NCBI RefSeq assembly: GCF_032191835.1 | Contig: NC_083236.1 | Location: 45,756,001-45,820,000, forward strand | Origin: Heteronotia binoei | Lineage: Eukaryota | Direction: 5' to 3' | Length of the DNA stretch: 64,000 nt | In this document: in pieces, positions 1 through 12,206 of the stretch | How positions within the stretch are numbered: position 1 is the stretch's first letter | How the letters are laid out: every line of letters starts with the position of its first letter | Notes under the pieces: generated by a model | Seen by the model: the letters and a program-made list of their open reading frames with translations, nothing else | Database searches by the model: none | What the model was told of the DNA's origin: nothing | Translations under genes and position numbers: made by a program

Positions 1-582
1 TCTCACTTCTGGCAAGCGGGCCAGTGACTTGTGTGCCTTCCGTTCTGACCCACCTTATACAGTTTTTCATAGGAACAAAGTGGTCCTGAGAGCGGATCCT
101 GCTTTCTTACCCAAGGTTGTATCAAAATTTCATCTTTCAACTTCTACGTTGTTGCCCAGGTTTTTTCTAATCCTAAGGGCTCTGGACAAAAAGCTCTACA
201 CACCCTCGACGTCAGAAGAGCTTTGTCTTTTTACCTCTCTCGTCCACAACCGTTCCGTAAGGACCCTAACTTATTTGTGGCCTACGGCAATCCTCAAAGA
301 GGACGTAAAATTTCTACCCAGAGACTCTCTAAGTGGGTATCCATTGCAATCCGGTTGTGTTACGAAGTTGTTAAGCAACCTTTACCTGAGGGTCTTAAGG
401 CTCACTCGACTAGAGCAGTCTCGACCTCCTCGCCCTTCCTGGAGGGCGTCTCCTTAGAAGACGTCTGTGCTGCTGCATCATGGTCCTAGCCATCCATGTT
501 CGTCTCGCACTATGCCTTGGACATTCATGCCAGACGGGATGCCTCCTTCGGCCAAGCAGTCCTCAGGTCCATCTTCCACTGA
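1..582 (+). pseudogene. DIRS tyrosine recombinase C-terminal remnant, inactivated
   Basis: Reads VVLRADPAFLPKVVSKFH...LHTLDVRRALSFYL...KAHSTRAVSTS...SWS*PSMFVSHYALD...IFH*. HSTR and the catalytic HY are present, with a frameshift near 160-166 and an in-frame TAG at 487-489. Confidence 0.88.
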
Positions 583-1069
583 AATCACCCCAGGTGAGTG
601 CATGCATACGTTGTAAGTATGAGAATGTTTTTTTTCTTGTCAGCACCCACCTTCCTTCTTGACTTTCAGCTTGCTAGTCACCCATGTGTAGGACTGCACA
701 GAGACCACGATGAAGATAAACAGGTTGCTTACCTGTAACTGATGATCTTCGAGTGGTCATCTGTGCAGTCACACACGCCCACCCAGCCTTCCCCTCTGCT
801 GGCTTCTTCTGCCTTGGTTTTTACCTTTCTAGACTGTCAGTAGCTGCTGGAAGAAAGTGAGTGGGAATGGTGCCTCCCGCTCACTCCAGGCATGCGCAAT
901 CGATGCCTGCTCCTCAGGGCAAGTGGAAAGCGCACACAAAAAAATGCTCTAGGCGAGCTATTGGAGACTCCAAGGTATGGATCCGTTGCCTGCGGCAAGA
1001 CCCATGTGTGGAACTGCACAGATGACCACTCGAAGATCATCAGTTACAGGTAAGCAACCTGTTTATCTT
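1..1069 (+). mobile_element. 3' end of a DIRS1-like tyrosine-recombinase retrotransposon (YR remnant, internal complementary region, terminal inverted repeat)
   Basis: YR-like translation followed by a ~63 bp inverted repeat (713-775 vs 1007-1069) and a direct-repeat ICR-like segment at 681-720, which is the DIRS1 terminal layout. Confidence 0.9.
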
Positions 1070-1432
1070 GGGGCCTGGGGTAGCCTACAGGAGAGGGAAT
1101 AGACCCCTTTCCTTTGTAATATACCTGAAAGAGTGAAAAATGACTGGCAGAATGCATCAGATGTACTACAGGTCTCACAAATCGGCATTAGGAGACCCAG
1201 TTCCAATTTGTTGTGTTTGGGCTAAAGTTTGAGCAGATATAGGAAAAGGATATCCACCCTTCTTCTCCTCCTCAATTTCTTACAAGCCATGGTGACTGAA
1301 AGAGGCCAGGCTTTTTGAAAAACTCCTCAGGGAAGCTTATTTTGACACGACATTTCTAAGCTGAAACAAAGCACTCTATAAATATTCAGGTATCCCAGAA
1401 GTATGGGATAACCTGATTAATTTTGTCCGGAC

Positions 1433-1675
1433 TAGCGGTGGCCAAACTTGCTTAACATAAGAGCCACATAGAATAAACGTCAGATGTTTGAGAGCTGCAA
1501 GACAGGAAGAAAGGAAGACAGGAAAATAGATGAGGGTAGGGAAAGATGGAGAGAAAGCAACTTTAAATACATGCCTTCTCCAAGCTGGCCGACAAGGCGG
1601 TGGGGGTTTCAAGAGCCACACAATATGTGTGAAAGAACCACATGTGATTCCTGAGTCACAGTTTGGCCACCCCTG
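1433..1675. mobile_element. hAT-type MITE, family A (TIR CAGGGGTGGCCAAAC)
   Basis: Degenerate TIRs; flanks gtccggac/gtccaggc; internally similar to many other copies in the window. Confidence 0.8.
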
Positions 1676-1970
1676 GTCCAGGCTAGGGTGGATGGCTGAT
1701 GGGTTGAAAGGGAGTTTAGCTAGGCTTTCTTTAGGTCAGGTTTCACCCACGTGGCACTGTGGAACCTGCTAACACCGTTTTTGGTGCCCACCAAGTGCTT
1801 TTAGAACGTGGGTGGGGTTAGGTGAGGCGTTTGCTCAACAGGGCTTCTGTGGCAGATCCCCCCCCCCCGCCAAAAAAGTAGCTTCTGGAACAACTGCCCC
1901 CATAGTATCAGGATCCTCTCACTACATGACTGAAGGTCAGCTGGGTGTCAGACAAACCATGTTTCTAGAC

Positions 1971-2235
1971 CAGGGGTGGCCAAATTGTGGCTCAGGAGCC
2001 ACACGTGGCTCTTTCATGCACATGGTGTGGCTCTTGAAGTTCCCACAGCACTTGTTGGCCAGAGGCTTGGAGAATGCATTTAAAGTTGCTTTCTTTCCAC
2101 CTCTCCCTCCCATCTATTTTCTTCCCTCCCTCCTGTCTTACAGCTCTCAAACATCTAACATTCATGTCTTGCGGCTCTCAAACATCTGACATTTGTTGTG
2201 TGTGGCTCTTACATTAAGTAAGTTTGGCCACCCTG
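1971..2235. mobile_element. hAT (Charlie-like) MITE, family A
   Basis: TIRs caggggtggccaaa...tttggccaccctg with a perfect 8 bp TSD TTCTAGAC; NTCTAGAN is the hAT-Charlie target preference. Confidence 0.9.
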
Positions 2236-2559
2236 TTCTAGACAATCTGCTCCTTTAAAAGGCACCCTGAAAAGCAAAGCTTCTGCCTGAAATGTTGCAG
2301 AGTTAACAATTAGAGTTATGCATTACCTCACTCCTTGATGCTGTGTGGCTGGCTCCACCTCTCGTGGCAGACATTTTCTACTTACCTCTCTCATCCTGTG
2401 TCCAACTCCAACAGTGCCCATATGCTGAAAAACAATTGAGGACCCCAGGTTTAGGTAACAGATAAACCTTGTTTGTTTACTTATTATAGTTATATCCCGC
2501 CCTTCCCTAATGGGCTCAGGGTGGCTAACAACAGTTGCAAGTCCAGACACACAAATTTG

Positions 2560-2765
2560 TTCTGCTTTGGGGGTGGAGACAGGAGCAAGGTTGTGAGAAG
2601 CATGATTGAACTCCAAAGGGAGATCTGGCCATCAATTTTCCATTATACCCTAAGGAAATCAGTCTCCATAGGGAATAATGGAGTGCCCAGCAGACATTTT
2701 CCTCCCTCCCCCCCCTGCTTTCTGATGACCCTGAAGTGGGGGGAGGGCCTCCAAACCCTGGGGAT
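2560..2765. mobile_element. Partial MITE of the TAGGGTTGCCA-TIR family (family B)
   Basis: Matches internal sequence of the copy at 17193-17685. Confidence 0.7.
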
Positions 2766-3310
2766 TGAGAAAGACACTGTTACAAAAACGGTACACTCAA
2801 ATTATACACTCAGTTGAATTCCACTTATTTATCACTTGTGTTATTTACATTCCACAACTCTATTTAACACAACTCAAACATAAATGATTTATACCACATA
2901 AGAAAACAAAGTCTTTAGCATCCACATTAGCACTGCACTTCCTGGTCGCTGTTAGATGAACGCTGACTCAGAAGTAGACACAATTCAAGTTCTTCTTGCA
3001 ACAGCCCCTTGAGGTTGAATCAGTTGACCAAGCAACTTGCTCAAGGTCACCTGATGAATTCTGTAGGACACGGGGGATATGAATTTGCCGTTTTCCTTCT
3101 CATCCTTTGAACCACTTTGGCCACATTCTGCCATTTCAATCTCAGTCATGATACGGCTCTGAGTGTTTTGTCAAAACGATCAGTTCTGCAACTCTTGTGC
3201 AACGTAGAGAGGATGTTCATCTCCAGGATCTGGGGGTGGTAGGAGGGGCCTAATTCCCATAAAAGTTTCTTGGGCAAGGAAGGAAATGCAGAAACCCAAA
3301 GTCTGAGAAG

Positions 3311-3463
3311 ATGGCAACAACCAGCCTGAATGTCCACAGCGTTCTGGTGACCGGTTCAAACAGGGGACTTGGCCTAAACCTTGTGAAGCGATTTCTGTAT
3401 TTGCCAACTCCACCCCAGTGGGTCTTTGCTACCAGCCTGAAGACAGATGGAGCAAAGCTCAAG
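3311..3463 (+). CDS. C-factor/CsgA-like SDR, coding exon 1
   Basis: ATG at 3311; MATTSLNVHSVLVTGSNRGLGLNLVKRF... has the Rossmann TGxxxGxG motif; donor AAG|GTAAGA, phase 0. Confidence 0.93.
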
Positions 3464-3837
3464 GTAAGAATTGCTAATAGAGCACCGAAGGCCAAGTTAC
3501 CCCATTAGACCAGCCAAAAATACCCAAGTATATGGTAGAGATAGCTGGTTGGGGAGAGAGTACAGCTTGATGTCTTTCTAAAGTCCCAGGCCTCTGGTCT
3601 CTCCAGTTACAAGATCTTGAGGAGCAGGGGGAAGAATTCTGTGTAAGACCTTGGCATACAACTGCCAATCAGAGAAAATGATACAGAGTCAGGTAGACCA
3701 GCGGTTCAGCTCAATATGGGAAAGCTCCGTGCCTGCCTCTGAAAGTTCTCATCCCACTAAGTGGTCACTGTTCTGTGACCACAGACATCTTTGTGGTGTC
3801 CACCTGAATGTTTTATTTTAAAAGTGTCTAATCCTGC

Positions 3838-4533
3838 TTTCGACATAGTCAAGGCTATGGTATTCCCAGTAGTAATGTATGGCTGTGAAAGTTGGACCAT
3901 AAGGAAGGCTGAGTGCAGAAGAATAGATGCTTTTGAGCTGTGGTGCTGGAGAAGACTCTTGAGAGTCCCTTGGACTGCAAGAAGATCAAATCAGTCAGTC
4001 CTAAGGGAAATCAACCCTGACTGTTCCCTGGAAGGTCAGATGCTGAAGCTGAAGCTCAAATACTTTGGCCACAAAATTAGAAGGGAGCACTCACTGGAGA
4101 AGGCCCCATGGACCAAGTCATAGCAGGCTCTCCTGTCTTCCACCATCCTCCAAAGTGGCTGTTCATGTTAGTTACATCGGTAACGCTGTCCAGCCATCTC
4201 ATCTTTTGCTGTCCCCTTGTTCTTTTGCCGTCTGTCTTTCCCAGCATCAGACCAAGACCAAATCAACCCAGACTGTTCCCTGGAAGGTCAGATGCTGAAG
4301 CTCAGATACTTTGGCCACCAAATGAGAAGGGAGCACTCACTGGAGAAGACCCTGCTACTGGGAAAGACAGAAGGAAAAGGAAGAAGGGGATGACAAAAGA
4401 TGAGATGGCTGGACAGTGTTACTGATGTAACTAACACGAATTTGAGCAGACTTCAGAGGATGGTGAAAGACAGGAGGGCCTGGCGTGACTTGGTCCACGG
4501 AGTCGCAAAGAGTTGGACTCGACTGTGCAACTG
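3838..4533 (+). mobile_element. RTE-BovB LINE 3' fragments, rearranged with an internal inversion
   Basis: Translates to IVKAMVFPVVMYGCESWTIRKAECRRIDAFELWCWRRLLRVPWTARRSNQSVL, the BovB RT C-terminus; 4108-4250 is inverted relative to 4355-4500. Confidence 0.92.
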
Positions 4534-4922
4534 AAAAAAATCCTGGTTTTCTCCTTAACCAAGGACCCCGAGTGGCTAACAATAGGGAAAAAAGCCGCAA
4601 TTACAATATACAAGGTATTTAAATTGGCATGCATCCTACCAGTGCAGGATGCTTTTAGGCGGTTCTGACCCCAGCGGAGGTATGTTCTGCTTTTGCCTGC
4701 TTGCTAGTCAGCTTGTGTTTTTCCAGCAGCTGCTCCCATGTTATGAAACAGCCTTCCAGAGGCAATCAGATCTACGTCTCTCTTGCAGTTTCAGACGGTT
4801 TGTGAAAGGGAATTCTTCATACGAGGCCTTGGGCTCCTCAAAAATGATTTATTCTTTGTGGGTACTTTAATGAAGCCTTTGGCTTAATTTCCATTTAGGA
4901 CAACAAATGTTTATTTCTACAG

Positions 4923-4974
4923 GACTTGAATGAGTTGAAATCCCAGCACCAGAATTTGGTGGTGTTGCAGTTAG
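4923..4974 (+). CDS. C-factor-like SDR, coding exon 2
   Basis: Acceptor ttatttctacAG; DLNELKSQHQNLVVLQL; donor TAG|GTAAGT; 52 nt, phase 0 to 1. Confidence 0.9.
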
Positions 4975-4992
4975 GTAAGTGCATTCTTTATG

Positions 4993-5193
4993 CCGGGGTG
5001 GCCAAACTTGCTTAATGTAAGAGCTTCTACAGGGGTGTCGAACTCATTTGCTATGAGGGCCGAATCTGACATAAATGAGACCTTGCTGGGCTGGACCATG
5101 TTGGGTTGGGCTGAGCCATGTTGGGCCAGGCCGTGTGTGAATCTATTTAAGATTAGGTGGCAGAGATATAGACTTTATAAAGGACACAAACAC

Positions 5194-5250
<57 letters not shown>

Positions 5251-6345
5251 CTTAAAACATTAGCATTTGTTGTTCTTAAAGGTGCTTTCTTTGTATTTCT
5301 CCCATGGGATGCAGGGAACCGGGCAAAGGAAGCTCTGGCTCTTTCCCTCCTTCTCCAGGGGAGGGGTGGGGGGGAAGCATCAGGCAATAGAAGAAGGAAG
5401 AGAGGCTTGTCTCAGTAGCTCCATTGTGCGATTGAGACAGCCTGGAAAAACAAGCTCTGCCTCCCCCCACTTCCTCTCCAAGGGAGGAGCCTCAGCCAAA
5501 GGAGGAAATAGAAGATTTGCTCTGTAGCTCCTGTGCAATTTAGCAAGCCTTGCAAAGTAAGCTGAGATACAGAAGCAAGAGATAGGGAGAAGGAAGCAAA
5601 TGACAGCCAGTTGCTTGGGGGCCTGATAGGAGCTCTCCGAGGGCCTCGTTTGGCCCCCGAAGTGCATGTTTTATACACCTGACATAAAATATAAATGTTA
5701 GATGTTTGAGAGCTGTACAACATGAACATCGGATGGATGGATGGATGGAAGGAAGGAAGGAAGGAAGGAAGGAAGGAAGGAAGGAAGGAAAGAAGGAAAA
5801 AAGATGGATGGAGAGAGAGGTGAAGATAAAGCAACTTTAACTTTAAATGCATTCTCCAAGCTGCCAGTTGGCTTGGCAGCTCTCCAGGGTCTCAAGCAGA
5901 GAGGTCTTTCATATCACTGACTACCTGATCCTTTTAACTCAGGGGTGGCCAAACTGCAGCTCAGAAGCCACATGTGGCTCTTTTACACACATTGTGTGGC
6001 TCTCGAAGCCCCCACTGCCCCATCAGCCAACTGGGAGAAGGCATTTGTCTCTTTAAATCACTACTCCAAGTCAAGCCAGCTGGCAGCTTGGAGAATGCAT
6101 TTGAAGTTAGTTGCTTTCTTTCCACCTCTTCCTCCCTACCTCTCCCCTCCCATCTATTTGCTTTCCTCCCTCCCGGTTCTCAAACATCTGACGTTCATTT
6201 CATTTGGCTCTCAAACATCTGACATTTATTCTATGTGGCTCTTAGATTAAGCAGGTTTGGCCACCCCTGTTTTAATTGAAGATAGCGGGGATTGAACCAG
6301 TGATCTTCTGCATGCCAAGTAGATGCTCTGCCTGTGAGCTTCATG
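4993..6345. mobile_element. Nest of hAT MITEs (family A and CAGGGGTGTC family C), a tRNA-head SINE, and (TA)n and (GGAA)n tracts
   Basis: Family C copy ~5030-5690 sits inside a family A copy; a second family A copy at 5940-6269 interrupts a minus-strand tRNA-head SINE; (TA)n ~5198-5245; (GGAA)n ~5745-5790. Confidence 0.75.
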
Positions 6346-6869
6346 CCCAATTCACTCTAAGTGCAGATTTAATAGCGGTTCTTGGAAGCCTATGTGCTGC
6401 CTTTGCAAAGAAACATTCCACGAAGACCCAGAAAAGCCTCAGGACATGAGGCTTGACATGGAATTCTTTATTTGACCTGTTATTTTGGGTCCTTCAAAGT
6501 ATAAAGTGGTCTGGAGTTGCAAAGGCCTCCTATAGAGTGGTTGGTGGCTAAATGATTTTATCTTTACAGATCTCAAAACCCACAATTCCCTTCGGCCGCC
6601 ATTGTCTGCTGTTGCACACAACAGAGCCCACACCCCAGGGCAGATGTGCTTCCCATTTCCATTTGAGATGTGGAAGGTGTCAGCCCATTTCGTGGAACTG
6701 ATGAGCCAAGGTTGTAAACAGGTTCACCAGGAAGGAAAGTCCTCTTTCCTCAAAACATTGGCAAATTTCCTGTTACCGAATTTCCTGAACAGCCTCTGTG
6801 TAGCCAGTTTTAAATAGGCTTTACTCCATTACTTAAGATATTTCTCAGCCGCCTTTTAATGATTACAAT

Positions 6870-7004
6870 GGTAAAGGTAAAGGAAGTCCCCTATGCAAGT
6901 ACCGAGTCATTACTAACTCATGGGGTGACTGACATCATATCACAATGTTTTCTTGGCAGACTTTTTACAGGGTAGTTTGCCATTGCCTTCCCCAGCCATC
7001 TACA
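6870..7004 (-). mobile_element. Sauria SINE 3' fragment
   Basis: Reverse complement ends in an (ACCTTT)n tail and matches the full copy at 49840-50141. Confidence 0.8.
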
Positions 7005-7555
7005 CAATAGTATTTAAGGCATAAACTAAGAAGCAATGAATTAAAAACAATATTAAAAATGCATAATACCAGACTAGACTCTGGGAGACCAAGGTTCGAA
7101 TCCTTATTTTGCTATGGGTTCAAACTTCGGGCCAATCATTCTCTCCTTCTCTCTCACCTACTTCACAGAGTTGTTGTGAGGATAAAAGGCATGAGAGAAC
7201 CATGGATCCTACTATAAGCTATTTGTAAAGAAGGATGGGATACAAGTGTACTTCAAATAAGACAGTCAACAAATCAAAGCATACATCATCTAAGGCAGTC
7301 GCCAGCCTTAAAACAGTTAGAAATAGCAGTAAAAACAGTATCAATTTCAAGCTAATAAATAAAGATAGCCAAGTGTGGATACAACAGCAGACCAACAATA
7401 AATAGTTAGACTGGCAGCACAGATTTTTAGGTAAATAAAAATATGAAAAGCTCTCTGTAACAGAACAGTTTTCCTTTATTCCAAGAAGACCACAGAGTTG
7501 AGGAAGTACAACAAACCTCCAGTGTCAGGGAGTACCACAGGCTGGGGTGTAGGGG

Positions 7556-8087
7556 TAGGGTTGCCAACCCCCAGGTAGGGGCAGGCTGGGGATCCCCCAG
7601 TTTGGAGGTCCTCCCCCCGCTTCAGGGTCATCAGAAAGCGGGGGGAAGGGAGGGAAATGTCTGCTGGGAACTCTGTTGTTCTGTATGGAGTCTAATTCCC
7701 ATAGGAAATAATGGAGAATTGATCCGCAGGTATCTGGGGCTCTGGGGGGGCTATTTTTGAGGTAGATGCACCAATTTTTCAGTATAGCATCCAGTGCTTC
7801 TCCCCAAAATATCCCCCAAGTTTCAAAAAGATTGGACCAAGGGATATAATTCTATGAGCCCCAAAAGAAGTTGCCCTTATCCTTCATTATTTCCTATGGA
7901 AGGAAGGCATTTGAAAAGGTGTGCTGCCCCTTTAAATGTGATGGCCAGAACTCTCTTGGAGTTCAATTGTGCTTGTCACACCCTTGCTCCTGGCTCCGCC
8001 TCTAATGTCTCCTGGCTCCACCCCAATGTCTCCTGGCTCCACCCCCAAAGTCCCCAGATATTTCTTGAATTGGACTTGGCAACCCTA
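7556..8087. mobile_element. MITE family B (TIR TAGGGTTGCCAA)
   Basis: Terminal inverted repeats; near-identical bodies at 8981, 14131 and 17193. Confidence 0.85.
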
Positions 8088-8231
8088 GGCCACAACATGT
8101 ATCCATGGTGACTGGCAATTTCTGTTAGTGCCACAGTGCAAAGGAAGGCATTGGTGCCCTTGGGCCTCTTTTGACTTTTAGTTACCTCCCGCCTAGTTCT
8201 GAAAGTGTTTGCAAACCATGTTCTTCTATAG

Positions 8232-8419
8232 ACGTCACAAATCCTGAGAGTATCAACAAAGCTGCTGAGCAGGTGCGAGAGCATGTCAGAGAAAGTGGGT
8301 TGACCCTGCTGGTGAACAACGCTGCCCTTCGAAGGAAAGGCGACCTGGAGACCGTGACGGCTGAGCAGATGGCAGCGAAATATGCTGTCAACACTATCGG
8401 GCCTCATCAAGTCAGCCAG
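8232..8419 (+). CDS. C-factor-like SDR, coding exon 3
   Basis: DVTNPESINKAAEQVREHVRESGLTLLVNNAA...YAVNTIGPHQVSQ; acceptor ttcttctatAG, donor CAG|GTAAGC; 188 nt, phase 1 to 0. Confidence 0.93.
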
Positions 8420-8980
8420 GTAAGCCCTTACTTCTAGTGGACTGGGAAACCCTGTGATTTCCCTGGTAGATCATAGCAGATGGATAGAAAATAAGCTTTG
8501 TTCACTTGGGTGAGAATCAGCAGGTGAATATCTTGTAGCGAAGGCCAAGTTGCATAGCTAAATGGGCATATTGAATGTGGTCTGGCGATCCTTGGTGAAG
8601 CTAAGCAAGTCCAATTGGTGCCTGGATAGGAAACCACTTTGGAATCGTGCTGTCCAGACTGCCCAGTTCCACACAAAGAAAATGGATAAATGAAAATCAT
8701 ACCCGTACAGCAAGCTCCATTTGTGTGTTTCGAAGTCACTCCCCTTGCAATTTCAAGTTCTGCCACCAGAGGGGGTGCACACACTTCACATTTAAGAGGC
8801 TCAAGAAGAGTCAAGGAGCCTGACAGGGTTTTGAAAGCCCACCTCAGTACTGGCCTTCTGCTCTAGTTCACAAGGGGGACTCCATTCAGAGAAGGAGACA
8901 GGGCAGAGGGCTACAGAACTCTCATTGCCAGGGCTGGCCCTAGACTCTCTGGCTTCCTAGGCAAGGCTAACCTCTGGCAC

Positions 8981-9484
8981 TAGAGTTGCCAATCCCCAGG
9001 TGGGGGCAGGGGATCCCCTGGTTTGGAGACCCTCCCTCTGCTTCAGGATTATTAGAAAGGGGAGGGGAGAGGGAAATGTCTGCTGGGCACTCCATTATTC
9101 CCTAACGAGACCGATTCCCATAGGGTGTAATGGAGAATTGATCCACGGGTATCTGGGACTCTGAGGGGGGCTATTTTCTGAGATAGAGGCACCATATTTT
9201 CAGCATAGCATCCAGTGCCTCTCTCCAAAATACCCTCCAAGTTAAAAAAGATTGGACCAGAGGATCCAATTCTATGACCCCCAAAAGAAGGTGCCCCTAT
9301 CCTTCATCATTTCCAATGGAGGGAAGGCATTTAAAAGGTGTGCAGTCCCTTTAAATGTGATGGCCAGAACTCCCTTTGGAGTTCAATCATGCTTGTCACA
9401 GCCTTGCTCCTGGCTCCACCCCAATGTCTCCTGGCTCCACCCCAAAGTCCCCTGATATTTCTTGAATTGGACTTGACAACCCTA
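8981..9484. mobile_element. MITE family B
   Basis: TIRs tagagttgccaa...ttgacaacccta; aligns by eye with 7556-8087. Confidence 0.85.
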
Positions 9485-10169
9485 TCTGGCACCCCACCCC
9501 CCTGCACTGACAGCATCATCGAATCACATGGGGGATGGCCAGTTCTGCACCCCCAGAAGGCCAGCACCCTAGGCAATTGCCTAGTTTGCCTAGTGGCAGG
9601 GCCGGCCCTGCTCATTGCAGTAGCCCTCAAGAGCCAGCCCTCAAGAGCCAGCAGCCCTCAGTGTACAGTGTGGATGGCCTGGACTAGGATCTGGGAGACC
9701 CAGGTTCAAATCTCCGCTCCGCTGTGGAAGTTTGCTAAGTCACACACACTCATTTTACCTACCTTGCAGGTTTGTTGTTAGGACAAAACAAAGGAGGGGA
9801 GCTGATGCAACCCACTTTGAGTCCCTATTGGGGAGGAAAGTGCAGTATAAATTTGAAACCCAGTGAGATAGAATGCTTAGAGTGTGGGGCTAGGGTTCCA
9901 ACCTGAAATGTGAAATCGGATTTAAAGTTTTCTGGTGTGCCAACAAGGACAGAGCTATAGTCCTGCTTAGTTGAGCTGGACTTCATGAACCCAAGAAAGC
10001 CAGAGAGAATCTTTAGAGGAGGAGTTGTACGGTTCAGCCCTCAGTGGCTATAACTAGGACCACCTCACCTTCATCCCTCTGGCCTCTTCTTCATGGACAT
10101 CCTCACCCTGCCCCTCTGCATTCTTCTGGCTAGCAAGGGCTACTGTCTGTCCTCTCCCTCTCTCCCCAG

Positions 10170-10328
10170 GCATTCTTGCCCCTGCTGAAGACGGCAGCTC
10201 AGAGGAGCCCTCTGCAAGGACTGAGCTGCAGCAAGGCAGCCGTGGTCAACATCTCCAGCGCTGGAGGCTCCATAGAAGTCATGCTTCTCTGGGAAAAGAG
10301 CCAGCGGGTTGGCTACCGGTGCAGTAAG
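10170..10328 (+). CDS. C-factor-like SDR, coding exon 4 (catalytic Ser and YxxxK)
   Basis: AFLPLLKTAAQRSPLQGLSCSKAAVVNISSAGGSIEVMLLWEKSQRVGYRCSK; acceptor ctccccAG, donor AAG|GTACCT; 159 nt. Confidence 0.95.
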
Positions 10329-10512
10329 GTACCTATTGTGAAATCAGCACAAGAGCCCTAACGGCAGCAAGGGTGGAGTCCCTCAACCTTGAATTGTTTC
10401 TATAATGGCCTTTCCGCCTTAACTTTTGTTTGCAATATACCTTGCTACTTTTTACTACTTATTTGTGAGAATGTCACATGCCTTGTGGTTGCGGCTTCTG
10501 TGGCAGGCAAGG

Positions 10513-10850
10513 CAGGGCTGGATTAAACCCTGTGGAGGCCCCTAGGCAGTTGAAATCTTGGGGGGGCCCCTTGCAAATTATCCCCACCACCAGCACCCAT
10601 GGCCCCTGCTGCAGCCTGCAGGCACCTTCTTAAAAGCCCCTTTTATTAAGCAGCAGGGGAGAGGCAAAGAGAGGCAAACTTGGTGACGACTCCAGCAGCA
10701 GCCGCACCAGGCAAGTCAGGAAAAAGAGCAGCTCAGGCTGGGAGGGCTGCAAGGGGGAAAACTGGGGGGGGGGGAGCCAGTCCGGGGCCCCTAAAGGCGT
10801 GGGGGCTCATAGGCCAGTGCCCACTTGGCCTAATTGTTAACCCAGCCCTG
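10513..10850. mobile_element. hAT-type MITE (TIR CAGGGCTGG, family D)
   Basis: TIRs with a 7/8 TSD aggcaagg/agtcaagg; related copy at 52971-53324 in the opposite orientation. Confidence 0.7.
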
Positions 10851-11757
10851 AGTCAAGGCATGTTTCTGGGCAGCAGGGTGAGGAAAGGCTTGGCCAGTCT
10901 TTGCCAGCATTACCACCAGGGATGTAAAGACAGCAGTGCAGTCTCTGCACAATGAATGAGCTCGTAAGCGCCTGCCCCACAGCCAAATGTAAAGCTGAGA
11001 TATATGTTAGCAAAATGGTTGAACCGCAGAGGATGTCAGGAAGAGCTGCCGCTCACGTTGCCACTGATGTGCATCGCCAGTGACATCAGAGAGGATCGCA
11101 GAATGCCAATGCAAACAAACCACATGGCGCATGACGGTCACAAACACAAAGGCAGAATAATTGAATTGCCCTGCCTATAAAGTATTGCAAGGTTTAAGTT
11201 CTTGCTCTGGGAAAGTTTAGATGGAGATGAGACAAGGATGTATTCTTCCCTTGTTCATTCCTGTTGCGCCATCTCCCTCTTTTCTTGTGGTAAGTTGACC
11301 TGGTCACAGATTTTAGGTTTCACAGTTCTTGAGATTTTGTAGTCTGAAAAGTGCTACTGGTTTTATTTACTTACAAAATTTGTACCCTGTCTTTCTGCCC
11401 TTATAATGGCCACCAAAGCAGCTAACAATTTAAAACATACAGGATAAAACCACACTTTAAAACCAACCCCCCCAGCATATATGATTAAAATAATGTTTTT
11501 AAAAGAGTTAAAAAATACATACAAAATATTTTTAAAAAGCAATCCAAACATTTGTTTAGGAAGGAGCAATCGCTGAAGGAATGTCAAGTGAAACAAACAA
11601 GTCTTCACCCGCTGGCAGGAGATGGCAATAGATAGGGATGCCAGCCTCCAGGTAGGACCTGGAGATCAACTGGGATTATAGCTCATCTCCAGACTACAGA
11701 GCTCAGTTCCCCTGCAGAAAACAGCTGCTTTGGAGGGTAGACTCTATGGCAGAGTCT

Positions 11758-12141
11758 ACTTGCTTAATGTTAGAGCTATATAGAGTATATGTCAGATGCT
11801 TGAGAGTCGGAAGGAAGGAAGGAAAGAAGGAAGGCAAATAAATGGGGGAGGGAGAAGTGGAAAGAAAGCAACTTTAAATGCATTCTCTAAGCTGCCAGCT
11901 AGCTCGGCTTGGAGAAATGATTTAAAGAGAGAAATGCCTTATCCAAGCTGGCCAACGGGGCAGTGGAGGCTTTGAAAGCTACACAATATGTGTCAAAGAG
12001 CCACATGCAGCTTCCGAACATTCCTTCCTTCCTTCCTTTCTCTTGTGGCTCCCAAGCATCTGACGCTCGTGTCTTGCGGCTCTCAAACACCCAACATTTA
12101 TTCTACATGGCTCTTACATTAAGCAAGTTTAGCCACCCCTG
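11758..12141. mobile_element. hAT MITE family A, rearranged
   Basis: Family A internal sequence and right TIR tttagccacccctg. Confidence 0.7.
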
Positions 12142-12206
12142 TTCTAGTTTTTGGCTGTAACTGACTAGCACAGTCTGCCCTGTGGAATCCCTGAGAAGAT
12201 GTTAAA

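Noticed and set aside
7794-8111. Recurrent 60-150 aa ORFs in MITE and SINE copies (for example PLNVMART..., HIRPHT..., LENAFKVAFF...)
   Set aside because: Translations of non-coding repeat consensus sequence; they recur only because the repeats recur.
8762-8780. CTCF-like CCACCAGAGGGGGTG
   Set aside because: Lacks the near-invariant C of the GGC core.
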